Below, in pieces: positions 32,722 through 44,500 of a stretch of DNA of 64,000 nt; position 1 is the first letter of the stretch; each line of letters opens with the position of its first letter. Location of the stretch: assembly GCA_023334545.1 (NCBI GenBank), contig JAADVB010000057.1, positions 1 to 64,000 on the forward strand, in the 5' to 3' direction. The translations under genes and the position numbers were made by a program. The notes under the pieces are model-generated. The model was not told the origin of the DNA. It searched no databases and worked only from the letters and a program-made list of their open reading frames with translations. The stretch is from Salisapilia sapeloensis CBS 127946. Taxonomy: Eukaryota; Protista; Oomycota.

Positions 32722-33333
32722 CTACTTTTTGCCAGTGAGCTTACGTCGGCACATCCGCGTAAACCGTTTAAACGTCGATCGATATCGGTCAAGGTGCGGG
32801 TGCTCATGGATGGTAAATTCGTCCTGCAGCTCAATCACATCCTCGTGTTGTAGCCGATTCTTTGTCATCCTCTGAGCCGTTTGGAGTCGTGTCGTCCACA
32901 ACTCGCACTCCACGACATCGCTGATCCACAGCGTCACGATTTTCCGATCGACACCAATGACAATGATCTTCTGGTCATCCAAATTCACATACTTGACGTG
33001 GACTTGCAGTAGCAGTCCAACAGGGTACGTATCACTCGTCCTGGACATGCCTTGATACAACGTCAAGGTCGAATCGGTACTGACTGCTACGACTCGGGTC
33101 CAGCAATGTTTAGCACGAGCATTATCCTTCTCCCAGTACACCCAGCCAATACGATATTCTCCCTTCGGACAAGGCTTAGCAGCAAGCGAGGCACGAAGAG
33201 ACTTTGGAGATGTGCATGACTCTAAGCACGAGTCCAAAAGGACCGTGGAAGCGCACGAGTCACGATGCATTTGCTCACTTACGAGTGGCGGGCACTTGAT
33301 AGGTAGCGTGCCAAAGTAAGAATGTGGATTCAT
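32722..33333 (-). CDS. Hypothetical protein with a PH-like domain
   Basis: 203-aa ORF with the PH-like pattern GWVYWEK..CWTRVVAV..TLTLY..ECELWTTRLQTA. Confidence 0.55.
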   Translation of the reverse strand: MNPHSYFGTLPIKCPPLVSEQMHRDSCASTVLLDSCLESCTSPKSLRASLAAKPCPKGEYRIGWVYWEKDNARAKHCWTRVVAVSTDSTLTLYQGMSRTSDTYPVGLLLQVHVKYVNLDDQKIIVIGVDRKIVTLWISDVVECELWTTRLQTAQRMTKNRLQHEDVIELQDEFTIHEHPHLDRYRSTFKRFTRMCRRKLTGKK

Positions 33334-35246
33334 GTAGATTCGAAATCGCTGTCAATGTCCAGTGGTTAGGTTCAGTGAAGAAATCCATCCAACATGTACC
33401 CTTCCATGAATTGGTGAATCATTACGATTGAATGTACCCAACTGAAATTAATGGTGCTAGCGAAAGTGGAAGAGACGCCGTTCGCCTTTCTTCGACGCTA
33501 TTGCTGATGTGTCGCATCAGCTTTCCACCAGAAAAGGGTATTTATTGACATGAAGCGCTACCGCGACGGTAGAAGGTACGCGGATGTGTCAAGAATGTTG
33601 CCCAAACCGCAACCACTTGACACTTGGACGTTTACGCTGCCTGTATTCGGATTGTTACCTTCAATTCGTTTCGGCCGACTCCAGCTCTGCTCTGGCCATT
33701 CATTTCAAGACGCTACGTCGATTGGCTTCTAGCGGAGACGCAAACTTGGGATTCACCAGCATGGGTACACTTCACATCACGATTGATGCACCTTTACCCA
33801 TCGATGATAGATTGATGAATGGTTACAAGCTAGCATGCTTAATGGCCTCATCTCGAGTACTTCTCATTGGAAACGCGTGAATGCAGTCCTAAATTGATCG
33901 CCATCTTAAATCGTCCGAGAGAAGAGTAGAATGGGAACACGCCATGATGTCTATTAACGGATAGTCAAAAGAAAATTTCCGGTCATATGCAATGGGGATG
34001 GAGACCAGACATGCGCAAAATTGTAGTGGTCCTACTCTCGACCAAAAATGCCAGAGTAGCATCGATTCGATGTTCTTTACTTTCGAGATGCTGATCGATG
34101 GTCAACGCAAAATGGACCGAAAGGCTTATGTTTAGAATAAAATGGCAAACTAGACGAGCTATGTGTTCTATCTGGCACTATTCGGAGAGTGAAAACGATG
34201 CTCTGAGGGAGCCCATGATTTGCATTAACAAGCATAAAGCGTATGCACTGCTATACAGGCAACGAGAGGGTCGCACAAGATGCATCGATTTGGACTAATG
34301 CTATTATATGTGACTAACCAGAGTATGGCTGGACGATCGATAGGAGTTCCACTTTCGATAGCATGGTTTACATTTCAACGAACATGAAAATATAGTTCAT
34401 TGAAATAAACGAAACCGTGGCATGAGGAAACTCTTTAAATCTATGATGAGTACAGAGTTGTAATCGTAAAAATGAGGGTGAATGAGGGTATACCAATGTG
34501 CTCTTGGTAATTGCTAGACCTTTACGAGATCTGCTGATGCTTAAAACTCACAAGTAGGAAGAGCATGCTTTAATCTATTCAGCTAAAGTCAAGATCGACT
34601 ATAGAAATAAGTAGTCCGTGGAGATTTGCAATTACTACAGAAATATCCTGTACTGGCTTCAACGGCGAGTATAGAGAGAGCCGTATGTCGGTTTCCAAGC
34701 GCAGAAAGGCGACAGTTGAAGAGCCTTCAAGGTGTGGTAACTTGGGCTTTGATTTGCAGAGAGCTTTGTATTACCATGCCTAGGATTTCGTAAGCCCTTC
34801 GTCTCGACGTAGATACCTGCCTATCCCACCTTTGGTGAAGTGAAGTCCACTTTAACGTGAAAGCTTGCAGTTGCCACATTCCTACTAAACTTGATGTCGA
34901 AGCTTGCCAACTTCAACTTGCGAACGTTTGCAAAATACTGATGAAGATCGGCTTTTCTACTTTGTCTTTCTTGAGCTCAAGCAATCTATCGACATATTTG
35001 AGCACTGCGATACAAAGGTTAAATACTACATTGCCTGAAATGAGCAGAAAGCTGTTGTTGGTGCGTTAATTCTCTTCCTTAATCTCGGACTTGTGTTCTG
35101 GTTATAAAGCAAGCTTTATACAATAAAACAATTAGAATTACACATAAAAGTTATTTCGGCTGCCAGTGCCTAGCGCAGAGTACGGCAGCAAGCGACAGGA
35201 GCAACAATCCAAGACCCTGCATCAAAAACATCTCAGCAAAAAGTAT

Positions 35247-35327
35247 CGACAGCTGTGAGATTCGAACTCACGCGGGTTGCCCCAATAGATTTCGAGTCTA
35301 TCGCCTTAACCGCTCGGCCAAGCTGTC
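35247..35327 (-). tRNA. tRNA-Ser (CGA)
   Basis: 81-nt cloverleaf with a long variable arm, anticodon arm ATAGA-CTCGAAA-TCTAT, T-loop GTTCGAAT and a T5 terminator. Confidence 0.95.
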
Positions 35328-35731
35328 TTGTTGAAGTATACGAAGAAGATATAATATATATTAATTAAAATGTATTTTAATAATTCTTTCGATAAGTAGT
35401 TTGTACTGGGTCAGGAAAAGAACTATCTATCAACCTCGATGACCGCGCAGTCTCCACTTCCGTGATACTAGCGTAGTAAAGTAAAAGAATACGAAAGTAG
35501 GAGACTAGGAGGCTAGAAACGCGGAAGAATATAAAGCAACAAGAGTGAATGTACTATAGTAGATGAAGAAAATTTGGTATTCTCACAGCACCCTCGGTCG
35601 AGGGTCAAACTAAACCAGCCTGATCGTCGCATCAGGCTGAGCTACCAATCCAAGCGCGATGAAGAAAGAAGGGGGTAAGTGTCTTATAAAAGGCTCTGCA
35701 TGCAGCTGTGGGAGCTCCTACGAACGCGAGA

Positions 35732-37804
35732 TCACTTCTGCAGGTCTCGCAGGATCTTCCGCAACTCGTACGAAATGTGAATAGCGCTCGGTCGCTGCGC
35801 AGGCTCAAACGACAGACACGCTCGCGCAAGCTGCACGATGGGCTGCGGACAAGAATTGGAGAACGTCGGCTGGAGCTTTCCGGCAGATACGAGCTGGAGG
35901 ATGGTCACGTCCTGCATCTTGGCGCCGTTTGTGTTCGTCGCGTCATGGTATGGAGCTTTGCACGTGTCCAGCTCGGACAGGACGACACCGAAGGAGTAGA
36001 CGTCTGCGAACTCGGTATAGTTGCTTCCGAGAATGACTTCAGGGGCGATCCAACGAGACGTTCCGACACCGGCAGTCATCGTCTCCTCGTAGCTACGGTT
36101 GCGGCTGACGCCAAAGTCGCTCAGCTTTGCGCCAGACTGGGCGTCAATAAGGACATTTCGGCTCTTCAAGTCACGATGGATGATCTTCGGGTTGAGCGTG
36201 TGGAGGTAGACGAGTGCGTCGGCAACGTCGATGGCGATCTGGCACTTGAGGTTGGGCCAGGATAAAGACTCTGCCTGGTCGCTTTCCAAGAGAGACTTGA
36301 GGTCTCCGCAGTCCATAAACTCTGTGATCGCCTGGATCGTCAGGGCGTTCGTCCACGAGACACCGATGAAGCGGACGATCTTCGGGTGTTCCAGTCTGCC
36401 CATGATCTTGATTTCGGCGGCGAATGCAAGCGCGTCGGTCATTGTACGCTTGTCGCTCAATAGACGCTTGATGGCCACGTTTTCACCCATGTACAGACCG
36501 AGCCAGACTTCGCCAAAGCCACCTCGAGACAAGAGCTTAATAGCCTCCACGTCCTTGTGCTCCACGCGGTAAGCGACAAGGTCCGGATCGTCCCACAGAC
36601 TTGATCCGAATGTGTCGGTTCCGTCACCGAGCATGCCTTGCGTCATGTCCGTGTCATGCATCGTCGAGTGGTTCTTGCCGCCAGTCGAGAATGGCTGCTT
36701 GGATCCGTTCCTGCGACGATAGACGACGAAGCCGATGACAGCGGCAACGACGGCGGCGACCACGACGGCGACAATGATGCCGATGGTGGCTCCCGTGCTA
36801 AGCGCTCCTTCGCCACCAGACTTGGTGCACACTTGGACAGAGCCCGTTTGAAGCGTCGTAGACGTGTACCCGTCCTCGCACTCCGAGACGGTCATGTCGG
36901 CGGAGAAGGTGTTCAGGTTTGTTAAAAAGGCGACTTGGTCGGACGATAGCTGGATGTTCTCGAGTTTGCAGCTCTCCATGTACAGTTCAGACAGAGATTC
37001 TAGACCGAAGATGTCGGCAGGGATAGTAGTGAGCGGATTGCCCGTCAGATTCAGCGACGTCAGCTTCTGCAGGTTCAGCGAAAGGTCTTCGAACGCATTT
37101 TCAGATAGATCGAGCGTCTGCAAGTTGGTCAAGACGTCGGAGGGGAACGACTTGAGGTAGTTTTTGGATAGTTTGAGCGACTCGAGGTTCAATTGCTGGA
37201 CATTGTCCGGCACTTTGTTCAGATTGGCATTCACAAGGTACAGTTCATTCAAGCTCTTCGATAGCTCGACCTTGTTCATAATGTTACGCAGGTTGAGGTG
37301 CATGAGGTACATGGCTCCGGTGTCAGTAGGTGTGTTAAAGAAACTCTGGTCCAATGACACGTTCTTCATGTCGCCTTTCGGAAGGTCAGACCGACCGCCA
37401 GATAGCTGGACCGTCACAATGTTATTGCTATACTCCAAGTTCTTCACCTGCGTCACGTACGCCATCGTGTTGACGTCCCTGTCGCTCACGACGCCGACAC
37501 TCAGGAGCCATTGGCGGTTGTCATCCACGAGCTGTTCGAGGCATTTATACGTGACGTCGCACTCCTGTCCGTCGCCTACCGGCAGCGTATAGCCTGACGC
37601 ATGGTAACAAGGTCCGCTCGCATCCGCCGAGCCAGCGCACTCGTGCACGCCTTTCGTGTTGTTGGGTGCGTAGAGAACACAAGGAGCTTGATCGCACCTG
37701 GAAGGACAGTCTTTGCTCGTGAGCATGTTTTCCGACAGTGAAGAGCATTCCTGGGCGTCTGCGGCGAGCGCCGTGAATGCCGCCAGGGCCAATGTACGAA
37801 TCAT
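35732..37804 (-). CDS. LRR receptor-like kinase (signal peptide, Cys-rich cap, LRRs, TM, TKL kinase)
   Basis: LRR units (LESLKLSKNYLKSFP, LQTLDLSENAF, LTSLNLTGNPL), a TM helix, and kinase motifs GGFGEV, VAIK, HRDLKSRN, DFG, APE. Confidence 0.93.
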   Translation of the reverse strand: MIRTLALAAFTALAADAQECSSLSENMLTSKDCPSRCDQAPCVLYAPNNTKGVHECAGSADASGPCYHASGYTLPVGDGQECDVTYKCLEQLVDDNRQWLLSVGVVSDRDVNTMAYVTQVKNLEYSNNIVTVQLSGGRSDLPKGDMKNVSLDQSFFNTPTDTGAMYLMHLNLRNIMNKVELSKSLNELYLVNANLNKVPDNVQQLNLESLKLSKNYLKSFPSDVLTNLQTLDLSENAFEDLSLNLQKLTSLNLTGNPLTTIPADIFGLESLSELYMESCKLENIQLSSDQVAFLTNLNTFSADMTVSECEDGYTSTTLQTGSVQVCTKSGGEGALSTGATIGIIVAVVVAAVVAAVIGFVVYRRRNGSKQPFSTGGKNHSTMHDTDMTQGMLGDGTDTFGSSLWDDPDLVAYRVEHKDVEAIKLLSRGGFGEVWLGLYMGENVAIKRLLSDKRTMTDALAFAAEIKIMGRLEHPKIVRFIGVSWTNALTIQAITEFMDCGDLKSLLESDQAESLSWPNLKCQIAIDVADALVYLHTLNPKIIHRDLKSRNVLIDAQSGAKLSDFGVSRNRSYEETMTAGVGTSRWIAPEVILGSNYTEFADVYSFGVVLSELDTCKAPYHDATNTNGAKMQDVTILQLVSAGKLQPTFSNSCPQPIVQLARACLSFEPAQRPSAIHISYELRKILRDLQK

Positions 37805-40271
37805 CCGGGGTTTAGATCGTAGAGTCGGGAACGCCGTCGTCTCCGAGAATCAGCGTAAATGATTGATTTGTGGAGAAAGCGAGAGTCAGCGTATAGTGTG
37901 CCATGAGTAACCGCGTACGAATCGCCCTTGCGCGACGGACGAACAACACAAACGGGGTGTGCTTTTAGAGAAGGGGTAGGAATCTGTCACGACGAACAGT
38001 GGGCAGAAACCGCATACTTTGTGCCAGTGCAGGCGGAGCGACCGTATTTCGGAATGGGTGCAGTCGATACGAAATAGACATGCAGTCCAGGATTCTGGAC
38101 AAGAGATCGGACAGCGCAGTCCTGTTTGTCCTGGCGTGCCGTCCACGCGATGCACTTACTTGATGGACATTCGCCAGAACTGAGTTTCGCTTTAACACGT
38201 ATCCATCAGAAATAGATGTGCTACACTGGCGTACCTATTCCCTCCGACACGCGCTGAGGACAGCTACATGGCATGCCAGAGTAATCGAGCCACATATGTC
38301 CGTAGTAACATAAATCTGGGTGTGCCCACGGGATACCATCGCGAAATAAAGTTGAGTCATCCGTTGCCCACAAGACCTACTTCGACAGCTAAGCTCCCCC
38401 TTCTTTTTCGCCATGCTGAGCTGTACTTGTGCAATATTACAAGTGGATAGTCATTTTAAAATACCTGTATCTAATCGACTTTCAGGCTTCGCGGAGCTCT
38501 ACGAACACATCGACATCGAATGACGATCCACGTTCGTTGATGTGGTTGAAGATGCAACTCTACAAGAAGCTCTCTTCCGCTTACCTTTAACCAATTATGT
38601 CATCTATTTATGAATTCATATCTACCTCTTTTCTTTTTTACAGTTAAATGGGATCCATTCTCGTGCAATACATCCTCATCTCCCCACAACTTCTTTCTTC
38701 TCGGCATGTGTAAGAAAATTATTTCTTGTATGATGGTCATCGTTCTATCGCATAGTCTCGTAGAGCCTCTACGCCCAATTCCTCGGTCGACTCCATCGGA
38801 CCAACAGTTTCACATCAAAATCATAGACCAAGTTTCCAATCGCACCTTCGGCCCATTGGAAAATTGCACTCGCATTACAACTGATTCAGCACCTCGTCTT
38901 CCTCGTAGGGCTCGAAGCAAACTATTTACAAGTTCAGACCCTTCATTGAGACTGCAAAACTGCCGTCATAGATAGCTTACGGTCTATGATCCACTTAAAG
39001 CAGTGGGCAGAGAATAGATGAGCCAATATCTAGCATGTGCTCACTCGACAAGAGATCTCTATCTTGTGCATGAGCACGCATTAAGATGCAGGGCACTAGT
39101 CTCACGGCATCGCACCGTTGCAAGCATATCTACGTGTGTGCAATTTGGATCATACACACAGTAATAGATATTTCTCAGGTTACTTGCTCAAGTGGCTTTA
39201 CCAATGATCCATCACTTTCAATCCTTCTGTTCGAGCATCTTGGTTAAAGCCAGATTACTGGATGGATATGGGAAGACCGTAAATAGCACCGATTGCAGCG
39301 AGATAAAGATTGACACTCAACTAGTTCTTATGATGTAGCACTTTGCATTAATTAGCATCTTAGTCGATGGTAGTGCATTCAAGTAGTATAAACTTTATTC
39401 GAGATACACAACTGTCGAGTAGATGCATGGGGCTGCAGTGATCTCAGGAGGTACAAGATGGACAGTGAACTGCCGAGATAGCTTGGAAAAAATGAGTATT
39501 TAAATTTAAAGTCGCTCAAGTGATTCATAGCTACCACTGTATTTGCAGTTGCGTGAAATTTCGGTCGTGACTTGCCTTGACTCGCTTGGAAGATGTTTAT
39601 CTTTAGCCACCTGGAAATCAAACGCAATCAAGTGAAAACGTTATGATGCAAAGTCCATGGTCAAACAATTCGATCGAAAAGGCCGATACGAGCGACGGGA
39701 GTGAAAAAACTAATTGGTTTAATCGCGGAATATCTGAACACGAGACAACATCATTGTGCTTGTTGCTATTGTTCTATGAGTCATATTTTCGACATGGAAA
39801 TATGTACACCTTTTAAAGCAGACGACTTTGGTCGCTCACATCTAAGTCAACTGACACGTCCATTCACAGACAAGCGATTGTCCAGGACCTTTGAGGTTGA
39901 GTTTTGCAATTCAGCTGAGGTAACCGCAATGAAATTAGAAAACAATACTGGTAGAGTGCTACAAGAAGATCCTTGAAGCCTATAAATAGCATTAAAAGCA
40001 AGGACACGCTTTCATCTTTCTAGGATGCACTCGAATGTAAACTATTTCAACATCTAAATGACCGGTTATCTGGCTCGGGAGGTTCAAGATCGACCAGATG
40101 CTCTATCTTATCCGGATAAATTCTCGTAGTTTATCTGGAGGAAATAAAAGTCAGTGACTCTTTTTCTGCCAATCAGGCTCTTCCTTGGGAGAAATAACAC
40201 CTCTCCAAGGTTGCTCAGCATCGACGATTCTCGCCCGCGTGCAGGACGTCGCTACGCGCTGGAGCTCCGTC

Positions 40272-41490
40272 ATGAGCCAATTCGCGCATGGCATCTACTC
40301 TGTAGACCTGTCCAACCGTCAATTAGTCCCACCAGTCTGGTTTCTAGGGTCCGAGCACGCTGATTCGAGTGACTACCGACAAGCCTTCGAAGCGTTGCTA
40401 TGGTTCACGTATCGCCGAGATTTTGCACCCATGGAGCCGTACGCATACACGAGTGATGCCGGGTGGGGGTGCATGCTACGCACAGCTCAGATGCTACTGG
40501 CAGAAGCCTTGCGGAGGCTGCACAAGGTTCCGAACGATCATACCCATGCCTCGATGAAACAGCTCTTGACCTGGTTCGCGGACGCCCCGGATACATCATG
40601 CGCTTTTTCCATTCACAACATGGTGCAGCTAGGTCTACAGTACGACAAGCTTCCTGGGGAATGGTATGGCCCGACGACTGCTTCCCAAGTACTTCGTGAA
40701 CTCGTGAACAAACAGAGTCGGGAGCAGGACGGTCGGCTCGTGATGTACGTCCCGCAGGACGGCGTCGTGTATTCGGATGAAGTAGACAAACTATGCGTCT
40801 CTCACTTGGAGAGAAATGTACAGGAGAAAGATAGCGTGGACGAGTCAGACTCTGCGTTCTGTGATCCGCTGCTCAATCCACCCAAGTCGGACGAACAGAG
40901 AGCTTGGACAAAAGCAGTGCTGCTGCTCATTCCCCTCCGACTCGGCCTGGATGAAGTGAATGAAAGGTACATGCCTGCAGTGACCGAGAGCTTTCGGTTT
41001 CCCCAGAGCGTCGGCATCATCGGTGGGAAGAAGGGTCACTCGGTCTACTTTGTGGCGGCGCAGGACGACCAGCTGCACCTGTTGGACCCACACGAAGTCC
41101 AGCCGACGCCAGAGCTCTCAGCGTCCTTCCCAACTGCCGTAATAGAAATCTAGTTATCATACGTCTACTTTGGAATATTGATCTCGTGCCTTATAGAGTC
41201 ACGTGAGAACAGTGCACTCGACGACTCCACTGGCCATGGGCATGCGCAGTGTCGATCCATCCATGGCGCTAGGCTTCCTCTGTTGCAGCCGGGAGGAATA
41301 CCTTGACTTTGGCCGTCGCGTTGAAGAGCTGCAGAAAAGTGGAGGCTTGTTCCCGTTTGCAGTGGCCCATCGGCGGCCGGACTATGCTTCTACGGATGCC
41401 ATGGACGACTGCGTGTCAGGTGAGAGTGGGAATGAAAATGGTCTCGTGTCAAGTGACATCGACGACGACGACGAGTACGTACTGATTTGA
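40272..41490 (+). CDS. ATG4: Autophagy cysteine protease ATG4 (peptidase C54); intron 41139-41196; true start may lie further upstream
   Basis: WFTYRRDF..SDAGWGCMLRTAQM, GEWYGP, LLIPLRLG, GIIGGK, LDPH, DPSMALGF. Confidence 0.92.
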
Positions 41491-41582
41491 CAAGTGCCTT
41501 TCAGAAGATTTGTACCTCAATAACACTACCTACAGCTTTGATATAACCTCTTTTCTTGTTGCCGATGAAAACTTATTCTACG

Positions 41583-44500
41583 TCAGTCACTTTCACCTGA
41601 AGACGTCGTGTTCGGCCACGGAACGCAGTACAAACCGCCCATCTGAGAAGCGTAGTTCGTCGGACAGGAAGCACACTCCTCCGAGTCCCAGTCAGTGAGG
41701 AAGGACCCGACAGTACAGCACCTGCCTTTGCTACCTTTGTCACTCGAATCCAACCGACGTAGCAATCGTTGCCGCATGGAAATCCCACCAGTATTGTCAT
41801 CCTCATCCTCATCGTCATGCTCCATGCCAGCAACGCCGCCACTCTCAGACTTGCTATCGTCCTTCGTGGCGCCGTCACTATCTCCACCTCCCGTCTTAGA
41901 CGATATGGTAACGTCCGTATTGGAAAGGCTCAGGTTGATCAAGTCCTCGATGTCGTACTTGGTTTCGCCTCCTGAGCTCGTATCAGATGCGCCCTTGCCA
42001 TCTCCAGACGCCGCCTTCTCCACCGCCGCCATGGCAGACTTGCTTTCGCTCGACACTTTGTACGTTGCCGTCGTGCCGTACACCACAATGGGCGCAGCGT
42101 CCTGGACGCCGTGGTAGGACATGTTGTTCCGAGTCCACTCTCCGTCATTTGAGTACTGGTCGAACGTGACGATGACATCCAGCTTGGAGAACAGCGACGG
42201 CAGCGGCACCTCGTCGCTCGCAACATCCACAGATCCGTCGCTAACCTTGCACAGCTCGACGTCGTCGTCCCAGCATTTGCCATACATATTCGTGATTGTC
42301 TCGCAATCTTCTCCTGCCTTTCTCTCCTTGTACTCAAAGTCAAAATGTCTTTCTGGAATCCTATACGTCTTTCCGCCCAACGCAGGACCAAGGTCCGAGT
42401 CTCCAGGAGCAGTGACAACTACCTTGGTCGTCACAACCTGCGACTCCTCGCCGTCCTTTGGAGGAGCGTACTTTGGAGGCAGCAAGACTGCTAGACGCTT
42501 GAGAAAGACGACGTCTTCATCTGGATTGTACCCTGGGTCGACCCATCCGTACTTGTAAAGCCAATCGGGGTCTTGTGGCAACCGGATCGAGATATTCCGG
42601 CCGCCGTTGCCCATGAGTGCACCCACGCGAATAAAGCGAGTTGTGCTGTCGCTACTATTATCTGACGTCTCCGTCTCGTGCGTCGGGATGTAGGCGGTGA
42701 AGTCGTGCTCGTCCGGCTTTTTATTCGGATTGAACGACTCGATCTTGTCCAGGTCGATGTCCGGGTTCGTCGGGTTCTCGTAGATGCTAATGCACGGATC
42801 GATAGGAGAACCTCCATTCAAGTACGTGTAAAAGTCGCACACATTGACGGCAGCCTCCGCGCCCTGGATCGCTGTGCTCAGCAGATCCAACCCTAGGATT
42901 GATTGCGTGTACTTCAACTGCTTCGAGTAGACGTTAAACCTTTGCTCGGCCCTCTCTTGCTCGTCTGCATACGTCTCGTTGATAGAGGTGATCGACTTCT
43001 TCGTCTTGCTCGCTGCTTCCTTCAAGTTCTTCGTCAGAGCCTCAGAGGCTTTCTTTCGGACGGCTTGCTCGGCCATGGTGACATAGTTTTCTAAGATGTC
43101 CAACGATAGACCTGGCATCATGCCCCAATACATAAAGACTTTGTTATCCTCGGCTCGGGCAGCACATGGCTCCAAGGCATAGTTACCTGCCATTCCGCAG
43201 AACTCGTCCGTTAACGCGCTGAATTTGTTTCCAAGACTATCGACATCCGCTCCTCGAATGGCACTAAGGTCAAAATCTCGGTACGCATTCAAAAATTGCT
43301 GGCCGTCTTCAGCAATCTGGTCTTCAGATGGGTCCTTCCGATCCATGATCGTCTGAATCGTTTTTGCAACTTTCAGACTTTGTTTTTGCGTCTCTTTCGC
43401 TTTCTTGCCGATGTCACCGACGGCCGGGATGAGTTCATTTTTGAGATACTTCGTCAAAGTTTTAACACCATCTACACCGTCCGTGTCCTTATCGAGCTCG
43501 TGCCCATCACGAACGACGTCCACGATAGTTGTCGGGTCCAAGACAAGCGGTATGATTGTAATGACTTTCAAGGCAGATATGAGAAAGTTTAAAAAGCCCG
43601 ACGCTTGCGCTCTCTTCGCTGCTTTTAGTGCCTCTTCACAGATCACTTCCAGGTGTTCCGTAAAAGTATCCATAGCCTTTTCGACCTTACCATTCACGAA
43701 GTCGTCAATGTATCCTTGCGTTACTTTCACCGCAGTTTCAGCCTTGTCGAAGTTTATCTCGGACACTTTGGTCAGTCGCTCCGTCTGAGAAGTCATCATT
43801 TTAGACAATTGGTCAAGCTCGCTCGCGGACTTTTGCGCCCATGCCTGGTCGATCTGCTTCTTCGACCAGGCATTCGATTTGTACATGTTTTCCACAACTC
43901 CATTCACCATTTCAGCAGCTCGTTGACCGACACGCTGCTTGCCTAGTTTGTCCCGTAAGTTTGTCAGATACTCTTGCCGATCCATCCGAGCTTCCTCCGT
44001 GTCGAGGTTCGTAATTCGCTTTGGGTCATAGATCTGGGCAGGTGCAACGCGGTACGTTGATGAGAGCATCGACAGCTGCGGAAACAGACAGAAACGAAGC
44101 TGGATGCCATCACATACTTCCTTTGCAAGAGCTGACAGTGTCTCCACCACGTCTGAAGTAATGATCTTCACTGCATCGTTGACGTTGCCTTCGACAACAA
44201 GTGCTTCGCTTGCCTGGATGTACTGGTCAGCCAAATCTCCAAACAATTCGTTTCTCGCACCGGACGATTCAATGTCCTCTGCGTCGAGTTTCTTCAGAAC
44301 GGCCAGCTGAAGCACCAACCGGTCACCAATGTCGTCATTGAGCAAATCTTCAGGCTTCAAATTCGGAAGACCATTTTCGTCCGTGCTGCCATAGGATGTA
44401 CCGGAAGAAGTGTTAAGGAGGTCACCCCACCACCCTTTCGGATTCCAGTCACCTTCGATCTTAACGCCCTCGGCTTGTTTCATAAGCGTTTCAACAACGG

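Noticed and set aside
35676-35690. Minus-strand ACACTTACCCC resembling the U1 snRNA 5' end
   Set aside because: Mismatches ATACTTACCTG, and no U1 stem-loops or Sm site follow.
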